From NCBI GenBank assembly GCA_002269645.1, contig NIVC01003639.1, positions 22,279 through 86,278 on the forward strand: DNA of 64,000 bases, written 5' to 3'. The translations under genes were made by a program, and so were the position numbers. Source of the DNA: Macrostomum lignano. Taxonomy: Eukaryota. This document shows positions 1 to 11,990 of the stretch, piece by piece (positions within the stretch are counted from its first letter, which is position 1; each line of letters starts with the position of its first letter). Below the pieces are notes generated by a model. That model worked only from the letters and a program-made list of their open reading frames with translations. It was not told where the DNA came from and did no database searches.

Positions 1-1140
1 TATCTGAAGAATTGCCCATCCATAGAATCTTACATGCAGAGAATCCCCATCCAAAGAACCCCCATCGATAGAATCCCCGATCCGAAGAATCCCCCTATCC
101 ATCCCTATCCAAAAAATCCTCGACCTCCATCCATATCAAAAAATCTCCCATCCAAAGAACCCCTATCAATAGAATCCCGGATCCAAAGAATTCCCCATTC
201 AAGGAATTCTCCTATCTGAAGAATTTCCCATCCAATGCATTGCCCATCCATAACATCTCACATGCAAAGAATCCCCTTCAAAAGAATCCCTATTAAAAGA
301 GTCCCTCATTCACAGAGTCCCCATCGAAAGAATCCCCCACCCATCCATATCCAAAGAATCCCCCACCCATCCATATCCAAAGAATCCCCCACCCATCCAT
401 ATCCAAAGAATCCCCCACCCATCCATATCCAAAGAATCCTCCCACCCATCCATATCCAAAGAATCCCCCACCCATCCATATCCAAAGAATCCCCCACCCA
501 TCCATATCCAAAGAATCCCCCACCCATCCATATCCAAAGAATCCTCCCACCCATCCATATCCAAAGAATCCCCCACCCATCCATATCCAAAGAATCCCCC
601 ACCCATCCATATCCAAAGAATCCCCCACCCATCCATATCCAAAGAATCCCCCACCCATCCATATCCAAAGAATCCCCCACCCATCCATATCCAAAGAAAC
701 CCCCCACCCATCCATATCCAAAGAATCCCCCATCCATCCCTATCGAAAAAATGCCCCTATTTATCCCTATCCAAAGAATCCTCCTATCCATCCCCATCCA
801 TTCCTAACTAAAGAATCTCCCTCCAAAAAATCCCCATGCAAATAATCCACGTCCAAATAATCCCCATCCACAGAATCTCCATCCACATTATCCATTGATT
901 CTCCCATCAAAAGAATAATTGGCCAAATAATACCCTCATCTAAAAAAACCCGTTCAAAAAACTTTACGTCCAAATAATCCCCATCAACAGAATCCCCCAT
1001 TCAAGGAATCCAAAGAAACTCCCATCCAAATAATCCGCCCATGAATAGAATTCTTGGCCAAAGAATCCCCTCATCTCCTCGAGATATCCATTAGAAGCAT
1101 CTCTCGTTCAAAGATTCCCCGATCCATAGAATTCCTCCCC
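1..1140. repeat. 26-27 bp minisatellite (AAGAATCCCCCACCCATCCATATCCA) with degenerate flanks
   Basis: Near-perfect units at ~330-735; degenerate AAGAATCCCC-containing copies to ~1140; explains the repetitive ORFs at 34-1000. Confidence 0.9.
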
Positions 1141-1357
1141 AAGACTTAACATCTCAGCAATTCCCACCAAGCCCTGACACCTCAGAAATTCCCTCCAAGC
1201 CTTGACATCTCAGCAATTCACTCTTAAGCCTTGGCATCTCAGTAATTCTCTCAGTAAGCCCTTATATCTCAGTAATTCCCCAGTAAGTCTTGACATCTCA
1301 GCAATTCCCCTCACGTCTTGATATCTCAGCAATTCCCTCTTAGCCTTGGCATCTCAG
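1141..1357. repeat. Degenerate ~30 bp tandem repeat (CTTGACATCTCAGCAATTCCC core)
   Basis: About 7 diverged copies of the core visible by eye. Confidence 0.75.
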
Positions 1358-1490
1358 TTTAATAATTTTTTTTTGAATATAATACTCGTAGCTTCTCTTC
1401 TACCTGATTTACCTGACGTTTTTTTAGTTTTCTTTCGCTAAAAAGTTTAAAATTAATTTTTTTTAATAAAATACTTCTACAATTTAAAAA

Positions 1491-1541
1491 TTCGAACCCA
1501 CGTCGCTGCATTAGCAGGTCAGTCTGTTTACCTCTAGGCTA
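1491..1541 (-). pseudogene. tRNA-like remnant (possible tRNA-Ser(GCT)-derived or SINE head)
   Basis: Minus strand TAGCCTAGAGG (A-box-like) ... CTGCTAA (anticodon-loop-like) ... GGTTCGAA (B-box core), with ~43 nt A-to-B spacing; acceptor stem and 3' side of the T-stem do not pair. Confidence 0.3.
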
Positions 1542-2379
1542 TCTCTCAATGCTTTGATAACATAAATTGTAGCACTTACATAATTCAACACTTTCAAAAC
1601 TCCACGCACAGAGTAAATCACAGGAAGCAGTTATGACATAATTTCTCAGCCAGTCTGTATCAGTTTCAAATAAAGTCACCAATATGGTTACGCAATCTAA
1701 ATCTAAATTCAATGGCGCTGGCTTGAATTGTGGAATTGCGATAAAGTAGGGGTTTGCAATATTGGAGAGCGTACAATGAGTATATAAAGTAAAATTCAAA
1801 GGAATCTTCTTTTTAATGCTGTGCTTTTAATTTTTCGAATCTAAGCAAAGAAATTATTCCCGAACTCAGCGTTTCAAGCTCTTTCTAGCAATACAAGGCT
1901 CTCTTCTGAAAGTAAAAAACTCGAAGCACAAACAATGATTGAACATTCCTGCTTTAAAGCATTCAAATTCATAAGGCGTACATTCAGCGCCAGCTACAGT
2001 GAGAGGCCTGCAAGTTGATGCATTGAAATTAACAACCAAGCCAGCCCATGAATAATTGAATAGCGACACCCGCCCCTCAATTAAAATGTGTTGCGCAACC
2101 TTTCAACGCTTGTAGCTCTCCACGCGAGTGTGGAGAACCAATGCTATAGTTGGCACTGAGTTATGATGCAATACAATTCCATCGGCCGGCAGACTTCTTC
2201 TCAATCGGAAATAACTGTTTGAACTTTAAAAAACAGGGAGAAAATTGAGTTTTTCGAATATTTAAGCCCGAAAAAATGAAGCAATTTCTTAGCAAAATTT
2301 TGTGTACCTGCGCACCATCAATACGCATCGAATGCAGAAAACCCCACGAAATTCCGACCATGTAGAGTGAAGTTAAGCG

Positions 2380-2806
2380 AAGGTTCCTATAGGTACATAG
2401 TTTTGATTTTTAGTATATTGGAAGCATCCAGAATTTTTATTATACCCCCCCCCCTTAATTGGTTACGCAAGTTAAATAGAGTAATTATCTGGGCAGTGGG
2501 GCAAAGTGAATTTTCTTATCAGTTGGCTCTGGCGCAATCATTAAAATTGGCTGTGAAGTTTCTCGCTGCGCGCAGGCTGATAAAAAAATACACTAAAAAG
2601 GCCATTTAAAATAGTTTTTCGAATATTTAATCCCCTTAGCATTGAGCTAGAGCTTAATAAAATTACGTGTACCGTCCCGGGCACATTTGACATCTTTTGG
2701 CGAAGAAACGGAGAAAATCGGTTGAGCCTTTTGGGAGATAACCTGTTACATACCCACAGACAGACAGGGCCGGTGGAGGGGGGGTTGCTACTTTAGATAT
2801 ATTAGA
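2380..2806 (-). mobile_element. Non-autonomous Helitron-like element, 5' part (left boundary uncertain)
   Basis: Minus strand starts A|TCTAATATATCTAAAG, then a short (CTGT)n, then ...GGCTCAACCGATTTT, which is the layout of Lep1/DINE-like Helitron 5' ends; no 3' CTRR end confirmed. Confidence 0.4.
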
Positions 2807-3045
2807 TTGCTAATCTGCCCAACATCACTGATGAAGGAATAGAATGGATTGCTAATCTAGCTAACATCACCTTTGGTGAAGGAATAGAATGGATTGCTAA
2901 TCTAGCTAACATTACCTTTGGTGAAGGAATAGAATGGATTGCTAATCTTGCTAACATCACCTTTGGTGAAGGAATAGAATGGATTGCTAATCTTGCTAAC
3001 ATCACCTTTGGTGAAGGAATACAATGAATTGCTAATCTAGCTAAG
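2805..3045. repeat. 45 bp minisatellite, ~5 copies
   Basis: GAAGGAATAGAATGG recurs at 2833, 2878 and 2923 (period 45); each unit carries a TCACC-TTT-GGTGA hairpin. Confidence 0.9.
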
Positions 3046-3440
3046 TAGGCATGAAGCAAAATTTTTTATTATGAAAGCGTAACAAACTGTCTTCAACTAT
3101 CGGTTTCAATTCAACAGTATTAGCGTCGCTTGGCATTATACACTACTTTCCAAGTAGTTGTTTCAGACCGTTCCAGTAAATTAATATCGAAAACAGAGGC
3201 GAATCGGCCCAGTCCAGCGCAAGTGAGTAAAGTGACATTTTTATTGAAAAATTTCAAGTTTCGGAAGATACCTGCTCATGGCTTACAGTAGGTTTATACT
3301 GCAGACAAGTTTGAAAACGCACCAGCGTGCAAAGAGAAGGAAAATGATGTAATAATGCTTTTATGTTCTACAGAATAGCAAGCATTATTGTTTGGTTTAT
3401 TAGTAATTTAGACAGTGATTTCGAGTCCAAGTCTGTTTCG

Positions 3441-5103
3441 ATGGCCAGATGACATTCAGAACACAGGTAAGCACACAGGTGTCTATGGCCCAGATGAGAC
3501 ATTCAGAACACAGGTAAGCACACAGGTGTCTATGGCCCAGATGAGACATTCTGAACACAGGTAAGCACACAGGTGTCTATGGCCCAGATGAGACATTCAG
3601 AACACAGGTAAGCACACAGGTGTCTATGGCCCAGATGAGATATTCTGAACACAGGTAAGCACACAGGTGTCTATGGCCCAGATGAGACATTCTGAACACA
3701 GGTAAGCACACAGGTGTCTATGGCCCAGATGAGACATTCAGAACACAGGTAAGCACACAGGTGTCTATGGCCCAGATGAGACATTCTGAACACAGGTAAG
3801 CACACAGGTGTCTATGGCCCAGATGAGACATTCAGAACACAGGTAAGCACACAGGTGTCTATGGCCCAGATGAGATATTCTGAACACAGGTAAGCACACA
3901 GGTGTCTATGGCCCAGATGAGACATTCTGAACACAGGTAAGCACACAGGTGTCTATGGCCCAGATGAGACATTCTGAACACAGGTAAGCACACAGGTGTC
4001 TATGGCCCAGATGAGACATTCAGAACACAGGTAAGCACACAGGTGTCTATGGCCCAGATGAGACATTCAGAACACAGGTAAGCACACAGGTGTCTATGGC
4101 CCAGATGAGACATTCTGAACACAGGTAAGCACACAGGTGTCTATGGCCCAGATGAGACATTCAGAACACAGATAAGCACACAGGTGTCTATGGCCCAGAT
4201 GAGACATTCAGAACACAGGTAAGCACACAGGTGTCTATGGCCCAGATGAGACATTCAGAACACAGGTAAGCACACAGGTGTCTATGGCCCAGATGAGACA
4301 TTCTGAACACAGGTAAGCACACGGGTGTCTATGGCCCAGATGAGACATTCTGAACACAGGTAAGCACACAGGTGTCTATGGCCCAGATGAGACATTCTGA
4401 ACACAGGTAAGCACACAGGTGTCTATGGCCCAGATGAGACATTCAGAACACAGGTAAGCACACGGGTGTCTATGGCCCAGATGAGACATTCAGAACACAG
4501 GTAAGCACACAGGTGTCTATGGCCCAGATGAGACATTCAGAACACAGATAAGCACACGGGTGTCTATGGCCCAGATGAGACATTCTGAACGCAGGTAAGC
4601 ACACAGGTGTCTATGGCCCAGATGAGACATTCAGAACACAGATAAGCACACAGGTGTCTATGGCCCAGATGAGACATTCAGAACACAGATAAGCACACAG
4701 GTGTCTATGGCTCAGATGAGACATTCAGAACACAGATAAGCACACAGGTGTCTATGGCTCAGATGAGACATTCAGAACACAGGTAAGCACACGGGTGTCT
4801 ATGGCCCAGATGAGACATTCAGAACACAGATAAGCACACGGGTGTCTATGGCTCAGATGAGACATTCTGAACGCAGGTAAGCACACGGGTGTCTATGGCT
4901 CAGATGAAACATTCAGAACACAGGTAAGCACACGGGTGTCTATGGCCCAGATGAGACATTCAGAACACAGGTAAGCACATGGGTGTCTATGGCCCAGATG
5001 AGACATTCAGAACACAGATAAGCACACAGGTGTCTATGGCCCAGATGAGACATTCAGAACACAGGTAAGCACACAGGTGTCTATGGCTCAGATGACATTC
5101 AGA
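3441..5103. repeat. 47 bp minisatellite, ~35 copies, immediately 3' of the TNFAIP8-like stop codon
   Basis: Unit TGGCCCAGATGAGACATTCAGAACACAGGTAAGCACACAGGTGTCTA; period 47 (3484 to 3531); few SNP variants. Confidence 0.97.
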
Positions 5104-5749
5104 TGACGCCCCTGTCTAGCAGCTCCTGAACGCCATCGCACAGAGGTGCCATGTGAACCGCCAGGCTGGATCCCGGATCCAGCAGGGCCTCCAGGAATTT
5201 CCTGTCAGAGAAGAAGGCGGCGCAGGAGCGGACGCCGCGCAGCGACTTCTCGCTGAGGTGCCGCCGGGTGGCCCGCAGCACCAGGTCCTCGCAGCGCTGC
5301 ACACGGCCGATGGCCTCGCCGATGTCCGGCTGTCGCTCGCGTCGAAACGTCCGAACTGCGTCTTCGGCCAACTCGCTGAAGCAGTCGCGAAAGTCTTCCA
5401 CAAGATTCTTTTCGTCCTCGTTGAGCACATTGTTGAGGTAGAGCACCCCGATCTTCATGTTGATCTTCACCACCTGCTTCATGAGCTGCTTGGCGGAGTG
5501 CCGAGAGCCGCACCACAGCTTCACGATTCTGTACAGCTCGTCCAGCAGCCTGGCCGATGTCGAGTCTAAGAAAATTTTCAAAGCAGATTTATTGGCCAAT
5601 GTGCCGATTAGTTTTTTCTGCGCTCGGACGCTGATTGAGTTGGAGTTGAAATTGCCGTCATCTGGGCCGCCGCCGCCGCCGCTCGCTCCGGCACAGGCGC
5701 CCTTGGCCTTACCGTTGGACTCAGGATCTGCATGTGAGGGGCCAGTCAC
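5099..5749 (-). CDS. TNFAIP8: TNFAIP8/TIPE family protein (main coding exon; start exon not identified)
   Basis: FNSNSISVRAQKKLIG, LLDELYR, KINMKIGVLYLNN, RHLSEKS, FFSDRKFLEALL and LCDGVQELLDRGVI align by eye to the TNFAIP8 family. The ORF start is GTG and there is no in-frame ATG before an upstream stop. Confidence 0.92.
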   Translation of the reverse strand: MTGPSHADPESNGKAKGACAGASGGGGGPDDGNFNSNSISVRAQKKLIGTLANKSALKIFLDSTSARLLDELYRIVKLWCGSRHSAKQLMKQVVKINMKIGVLYLNNVLNEDEKNLVEDFRDCFSELAEDAVRTFRRERQPDIGEAIGRVQRCEDLVLRATRRHLSEKSLRGVRSCAAFFSDRKFLEALLDPGSSLAVHMAPLCDGVQELLDRGVI

Positions 5750-6572
5750 AGATTCCAGAATTACTAGATCTACTCTTCTTCAGTAGCAAAGTTAGCGTTT
5801 TTTGCTTATTTACAGTGAGGGGAAAGAATTATTAATTTTTACTGATACTCGAAGGTTTTGAAGCTTATGGCTTACCCCCCGAGCAGGCCCACGTTACCTG
5901 CATGATGGATTGCAAATTATCTTGTCCAACCCCCCAGAGGAGGGAAAAAATTCATCTTAAACAATGCAATTTAAGAGATATGCACTCAAAGTGAAAGAAA
6001 CTACAGAAAAAGAGTAGCCAAAATCCGTTTGTTTACATCTCGATTTGCGATTGAGTAATGGTACAGTAATAATTGATAAGTAACTATTATAGGAATGAAA
6101 ACCGACAAGAAAAACATGAATTCGATATGCAGTTGCTATCTAAACGTTTTTATCGGGTAAATCTCTTTATTAAGACTTACTAAGCATTGGGAATGCAATG
6201 CAGCAAACTGCGGTACAGCAAAAAAGCATTGCGGGAAACCTCGGCGGGCAATTCTTATGCACCCCATAATGAATGATTAATGATTATTATTGAATAATGA
6301 ATAGTAAATACTGAACAATGAATGATGACTAATGAATAATATAATTGATTATGAATTATGAATGGGAAATAATCAATAATCAATAGTCAATAATCAATAA
6401 TGAACCTTGAACAATGAATTATGAATGAGTATTCAATAATGCACTCGTATTGATATATTGACCTACCCAAAGTTATTTACAAAGCAAAAATGCTTAAATG
6501 GTTGCAATGTAACGATATATACCGATTTTTTTCGGCAGCAATTGCGTAAGCTGAAGCCGCGTAGCAAGTCAT

Positions 6573-7376
6573 TATTGTACCCTTTTGACTTCCCCTGTCT
6601 ATGGCCCAGACATGTATAGTGCGGATGCTGAGTATGAAATGCGATTGTTGCCGGAATGCGCTTTGAAAGGGTTGTAGAGATAATCAATCGTCTATGGCAA
6701 ATTTAGTTGCTCTCTAAATGAAAGGGTTGTAGAGATAATTAATCGTTTATGGCAAATTTAAAGGACAGTGAAGACAGCTAGCCTGGCTGCCATGAGTTAA
6801 TTCTCAAGTTGATTTTGAGCTTGAATTAATTCTCCTATTCGGAGTGCAAATAGGAAAACTAGCTATGATTCGCTACGCAAACATTCCTGGCGGAGAAATA
6901 TGTGGACTCTCCACGGACGAGTTGGCTTTTGTCACCCGAGAGTCGAGCACGCGCTACGTTCTGGAGATGGACAACCTGGATGCGTCGTCCAGTTCCAACG
7001 GGCTGCCTGAGCTAGGTAGCGAAGATCTGGAAATGTTGGACCGACTTGAGAGTGACTCAGTGCCGAAATCGACCGAGACGCAACGGAAGCTTCACGTGGC
7101 AAGGTTCCGACAGTTCCTCAACGAGAAGGGGCTCTGCCAGGAGTTTGAGCGTGTTCCGGATCGATTTTTGAACGATTATCTGAGGCTTTTCTGAGGTTTG
7201 TTCTTAAGAACTTTTTGTGACTATGAAACACTTTCGCCGTGTTGCTATTGTTGTTCCTTGTTTTGATAGCCAAATACATTCGTCTGAAATCCGGCAACAA
7301 TCGAAAAAAGCCGACAAACAATTAAATTGTTACCGCAAGTATGAATGCCGGAAACCATAGACAAAAGGGAACAATA
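6573..7376 (+). mobile_element. Crypton-like (tyrosine recombinase DNA transposon) deletion remnant
   Basis: ORF segment 6967-7194 (DSVPKSTETQRKLHVARFRQFLNEKGLCQEFERVPDRFLNDYLRLF*) resembles the N-terminal region of Crypton/DUF3504-type recombinases; flanked by imperfect inverted repeats at 6573-6604 and 7355-7376. Confidence 0.55.
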
Positions 7377-7934
7377 GCAGATAAAATAAAGCGCTAATCA
7401 TACCTGACAGTCGGGACATTGCTTCTGAGAGGAAAGTGCCGATATGAATATTAAAAAATATGACACCTGCTGGGCAATGCTGGTTGATACAATGCACTCC
7501 CAGCTCCATGATGCTGTGTATTTATTCAGCACCTCTCTGCCCCTCTGCGCTCCTCACAGCCCCGGCTCTGGGCAGCAAATGAAAAGTGCAGAGAGGGTGA
7601 AGCAGGGGCAGGCGGGCTTTCGCAATTGGAAGGCAGCCCTGAATCCTGGGCCGAAGCAGACAGGGACAGAGAGAAGGGGAAAGTGTGGAGTTCTATGCGA
7701 GGACCAGAAATGAGCTCTGATGCGGAGAGGAACCGGTTTGCTGGCTTGGTCTCTCCCTGACTGGTGCCGATCAGTGGTCTCAGGGTGCTGACGGGATTAA
7801 AGAGAGAGGGAGGGCAGGAACGGGGTGGGAGTCTACAAAGTCGGAGGTTGAGAGGTGGAGAGGGAAAGGAATAGAAGGAGAGTGACAGAGTGAGAGTGAC
7901 AGACGATTCTGAGAAATAGAGTATAGCAGGCAGA

Positions 7935-8350
7935 CTGTGACAGAAGAGTGACTGCGACAGAGTGACTGTGACAGAGTGACTGTGACATAAGAGTGACTGT
8001 GTCATAGTGACTGTGACATAAGAGTGACTGTGTCATAGTGACTGTGACATAAGAGTGACTGTTACAGAGTGACTGTGACAGGGTGACTGTGACAAAGTGA
8101 CTGTGACAGAGTTACTGTGACAGAGTGACTGTGACATAAGAGTGACTGTTACAGAGTGACTGTGTCATAGTAACTGACTGTGACAGAGTGACTGTGACAG
8201 AGCGACTGTGACAGAGTGACTGTGACAGAAACGTTACTGTGACAAAGTGACTGTGACAGAGTGACTGTGACAGAGTGACTGTGACAGAGTGACTGTGACA
8301 GAGTGACTGTGTCATAGTGACTGTGACAGAGTGACTGTGACAGATTGACT
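7935..8350. repeat. 14-17 bp tandem repeat (GTGACTGTGACAGA)
   Basis: Directly visible; source of the TQSLCHSH ORFs. Confidence 0.92.
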
Positions 8351-8695
8351 GTGAGTTTAGAGTTTAGACCTTTGAAAAACACAATTAATTGACCTATTTC
8401 AGTGAATTCAAAAAAATTGCATAGCGGCCACAATCTGGGGATGCAGAGCAAAAACTGATTCCAGCAGGTTGGAGCAGAGGCTTCGGCTGCGGGGAGAAAT
8501 GCCAAATCGAATAAATTTTGCCGGGCGACCACTCATGCGGAGCCCAATTTTAAGGCGGCAAAAAACCACCGACGAAAAAAATTGCATCGTAAAAATGGGA
8601 AGAAAATAATGGCTTATGAAATCCTTTCACCACCACTACCCCCACTATCCCGGAATTTCTCTGCTATTTCCGATTCACTTTCAGCAGTTCAATGG

Positions 8696-9788
<1,093 letters not shown>

Positions 9789-9846
9789 GCGAAATGAAAC
9801 CACGCACACAGTTGAAGCAAATTCACAATTTCTTTAATTCTAAGAA

Positions 9847-9892
9847 AATAACCGAATTTTCGACCTAAACAGGGTCTTCGTCAGGGTATATT
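9847..9892 (-). ncRNA. Minimal type I hammerhead ribozyme-like motif (Penelope-like element type)
   Basis: Minus strand AAUAUACC-CUGACGA-A-GACC(CUGUUUA)GGUC-GAAAAUUC-GGUUAUU: conserved core, stem II, stem I with one bulge, and a very short palindromic stem III (AAUU). Confidence 0.6.
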
Positions 9893-10392
9893 GTAAATAA
9901 AAATAGATAGATAGATACAGTGCGGAACGTGCACAGCATGCAAGAGGCGAGAGGAGAGTGAGGAAGAGAGAGGCGAGGAAGGCCGAATTTCGGGTGCCTG
10001 CCGGATTCGCAATTAAGCACTCGGCCTTTCGTTCCGGGGTAGAGCTACTCGTATTCGCTTAGCAGTGCTAAGAGATAGCGTTAGCGACTGAAGCAGAAAA
10101 GAGAAAACTTAAGAGATCGGAATTGAATCAATCGGACGCTCAAGGCCTGGGCGGGGTCCGCCTTCGCTGCCCTGGCATCGAGTGGGCGGTGCGACGGCAG
10201 TGGCAGGGGGACGAAACGGAGACGATGGGAAACAGAGCCGAAATCAAAAGAGAGGCTAAATGACAAAACAAAAAATTGAAGCCCTGCTATCCGGCAAGCC
10301 CTAGGAGTAATATTCTAGCTCGTACGAGTATGCCTGCATTGGATTTGGAAACTGGGAGGGGTAAACGTCCTTCCAAATTGGTCTAGAGATGA

Positions 10393-11990
10393 CAGGTAGA
10401 GGGAGGGAATGGCTTATCAAAGCAGGTAGAGAGGGGGGGACTGGCTTATCAAAGCAGGTAGAGAGGGGGGACTGGCTTGTCAAGCAGGTAGAGAGAGAGA
10501 CTGGCTTATCAAAGACAGGTAGAGAGGGGGACTGGCTTATCAAAGCAGGTAGAGAGGGGGGACTGGCTTATCAAAGCAGGTAGAGAGGGGGGACTGGCTT
10601 ATCAAAGCAGGTAGAGAGGGACTGGCTTATCAAAGCAGGTAGAGAGGGACTGGCTTATCAAAGCAGGTAGAGAGGGACTGGCTTATCAAAGCAGGTAGAG
10701 AGGGGGACTGGCTTATCAAAGCAGGTAGAGAGGGACTGGCTTGTCAAAGCAGGTAGAGAGGGGGGACTGGCTTATCAAAGCAGGTAGAGAGAGAGAGAGA
10801 GACTGGCTTATCAAAGACAGGTAGAGAGGGGGACTGGCTTATCAAAGCAGGTAGAGAGGGGGGACTGGCTTATCAAAGCAGGTAGAGAGGGGGGACTGGC
10901 TTATCAAAGCAGGTAGAGAGGGGGGGACTGGCTTATCAAAGCAGGTGGAGAGGGACTGGCTTATCAAAGCAGGTAGAGAGGGACTGGCTTATCAAAGCAG
11001 GTAGAGAGGGGGGGACTGGCTTATCAAAGCAGGTAGAGAGGGACTGGCTTATCAAAGCAGGTAGAGAGGGGGGACTGGCTTATCAAAGCAGGTAGAGAGA
11101 GAGAGAGAGACTGGCTTATCAAAGACAGGTAGAGAGGGGGACTGGCTTATCAAAGACAGGTAGAGAGGGGGACTGGCTTATCAAAGCAGGTAGAGAGGGG
11201 GGACTGGCTTATCAAAGCAGGTAGAGAGGGGGGACTGGCTTATCAAAGCAGGTAGAGAGGGGGGGACTGGCTTATCAAAGCAGGTAGAGAGGGACTGGCT
11301 TATCAAAGCAGGTAGAGAGGGACTGGCTTATCAAAGCAGGTAGAGAGGGGGACTGGCTTATCAAAGCAGGTAGAGAGGGACTGGCTTGTCAAAGCAGGTA
11401 GAGAGGGGGGACTGGCTTATCAAAGCAGGTAGAGAGAGAGAGAGAGAGAGACTGGCTTATCAAAGACAGGTAGAGAGGGGGACTGGCTTATCAAAGCAGG
11501 TAGAGAGGGGGGACTGGCTTATCAAAGCAGGTAGAGAGGGGGACTGGCTTATCAAAGCAGGTAGAGAGGGGGACTGGCTTATCAAAGCAGGTAGAGAGGG
11601 GGCACTGGCTTATCAAAGCAGGTGGAGAGGGACTGGCTTATCAAAGCAGGTAGAGAGGGACTGGCTTATCAAAGCAGGTAGAGAGGGGGGCACTGGCTTA
11701 TCAAAGCAGGTAGAGAGGGACTGGCTTATCAAAGCAGGTAGAGAGGGGGGACTGGCTTATCAAAGCAGGTAGAGAGAGAGAGAGAGAGACTGGCTTATCA
11801 AAGACAGGTAGAGAGGGGGACTGGCTTATCAAAGACAGGTAGAGAGGGGGACTGGCTTATCAAAGCAGGTAGAGAGGGGGACTGGCTTATCAAAGCAGGT
11901 AGAGAGGGGGGCAATGGCTTATCAAAGCAGGTAGAGAGGGGGGACTGGCTTATCAAAGCAGGTAGGGAGGGGGGGGACTGGCTTATCAAA
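10393..11990. repeat. ~28-40 bp minisatellite (ACTGGCTTATCAAAGCAGGTAGAGA plus a variable G/GA run), ~50 copies
   Basis: Constant core with a length-variable purine tail. Confidence 0.95.

Noticed and set aside
1866-2069. ECTPYEFECF resembling an LDL-receptor class A repeat
   Set aside because: The remaining LDLa cysteine and acidic pattern is absent; no convincing exon structure.
2117-2150. TCTCCAC-GCGAGT-GTGGAGA hairpin followed by CTATAGT as a Helitron 3' end
   Set aside because: The terminus is not canonical CTRR, and its orientation conflicts with the 5' end at 2806.
7560-7760. Possible orphan coding exon after CTCCTCACAG, and a similar open stretch at 51730-51920
   Set aside because: No recognisable homology, partner exons or clean donor.
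10393-11990. CRISPR-like appearance (constant core plus variable spacer)
   Set aside because: The variable part is only a G/GA run of differing length, not unique spacers; no cas genes; eukaryotic context.
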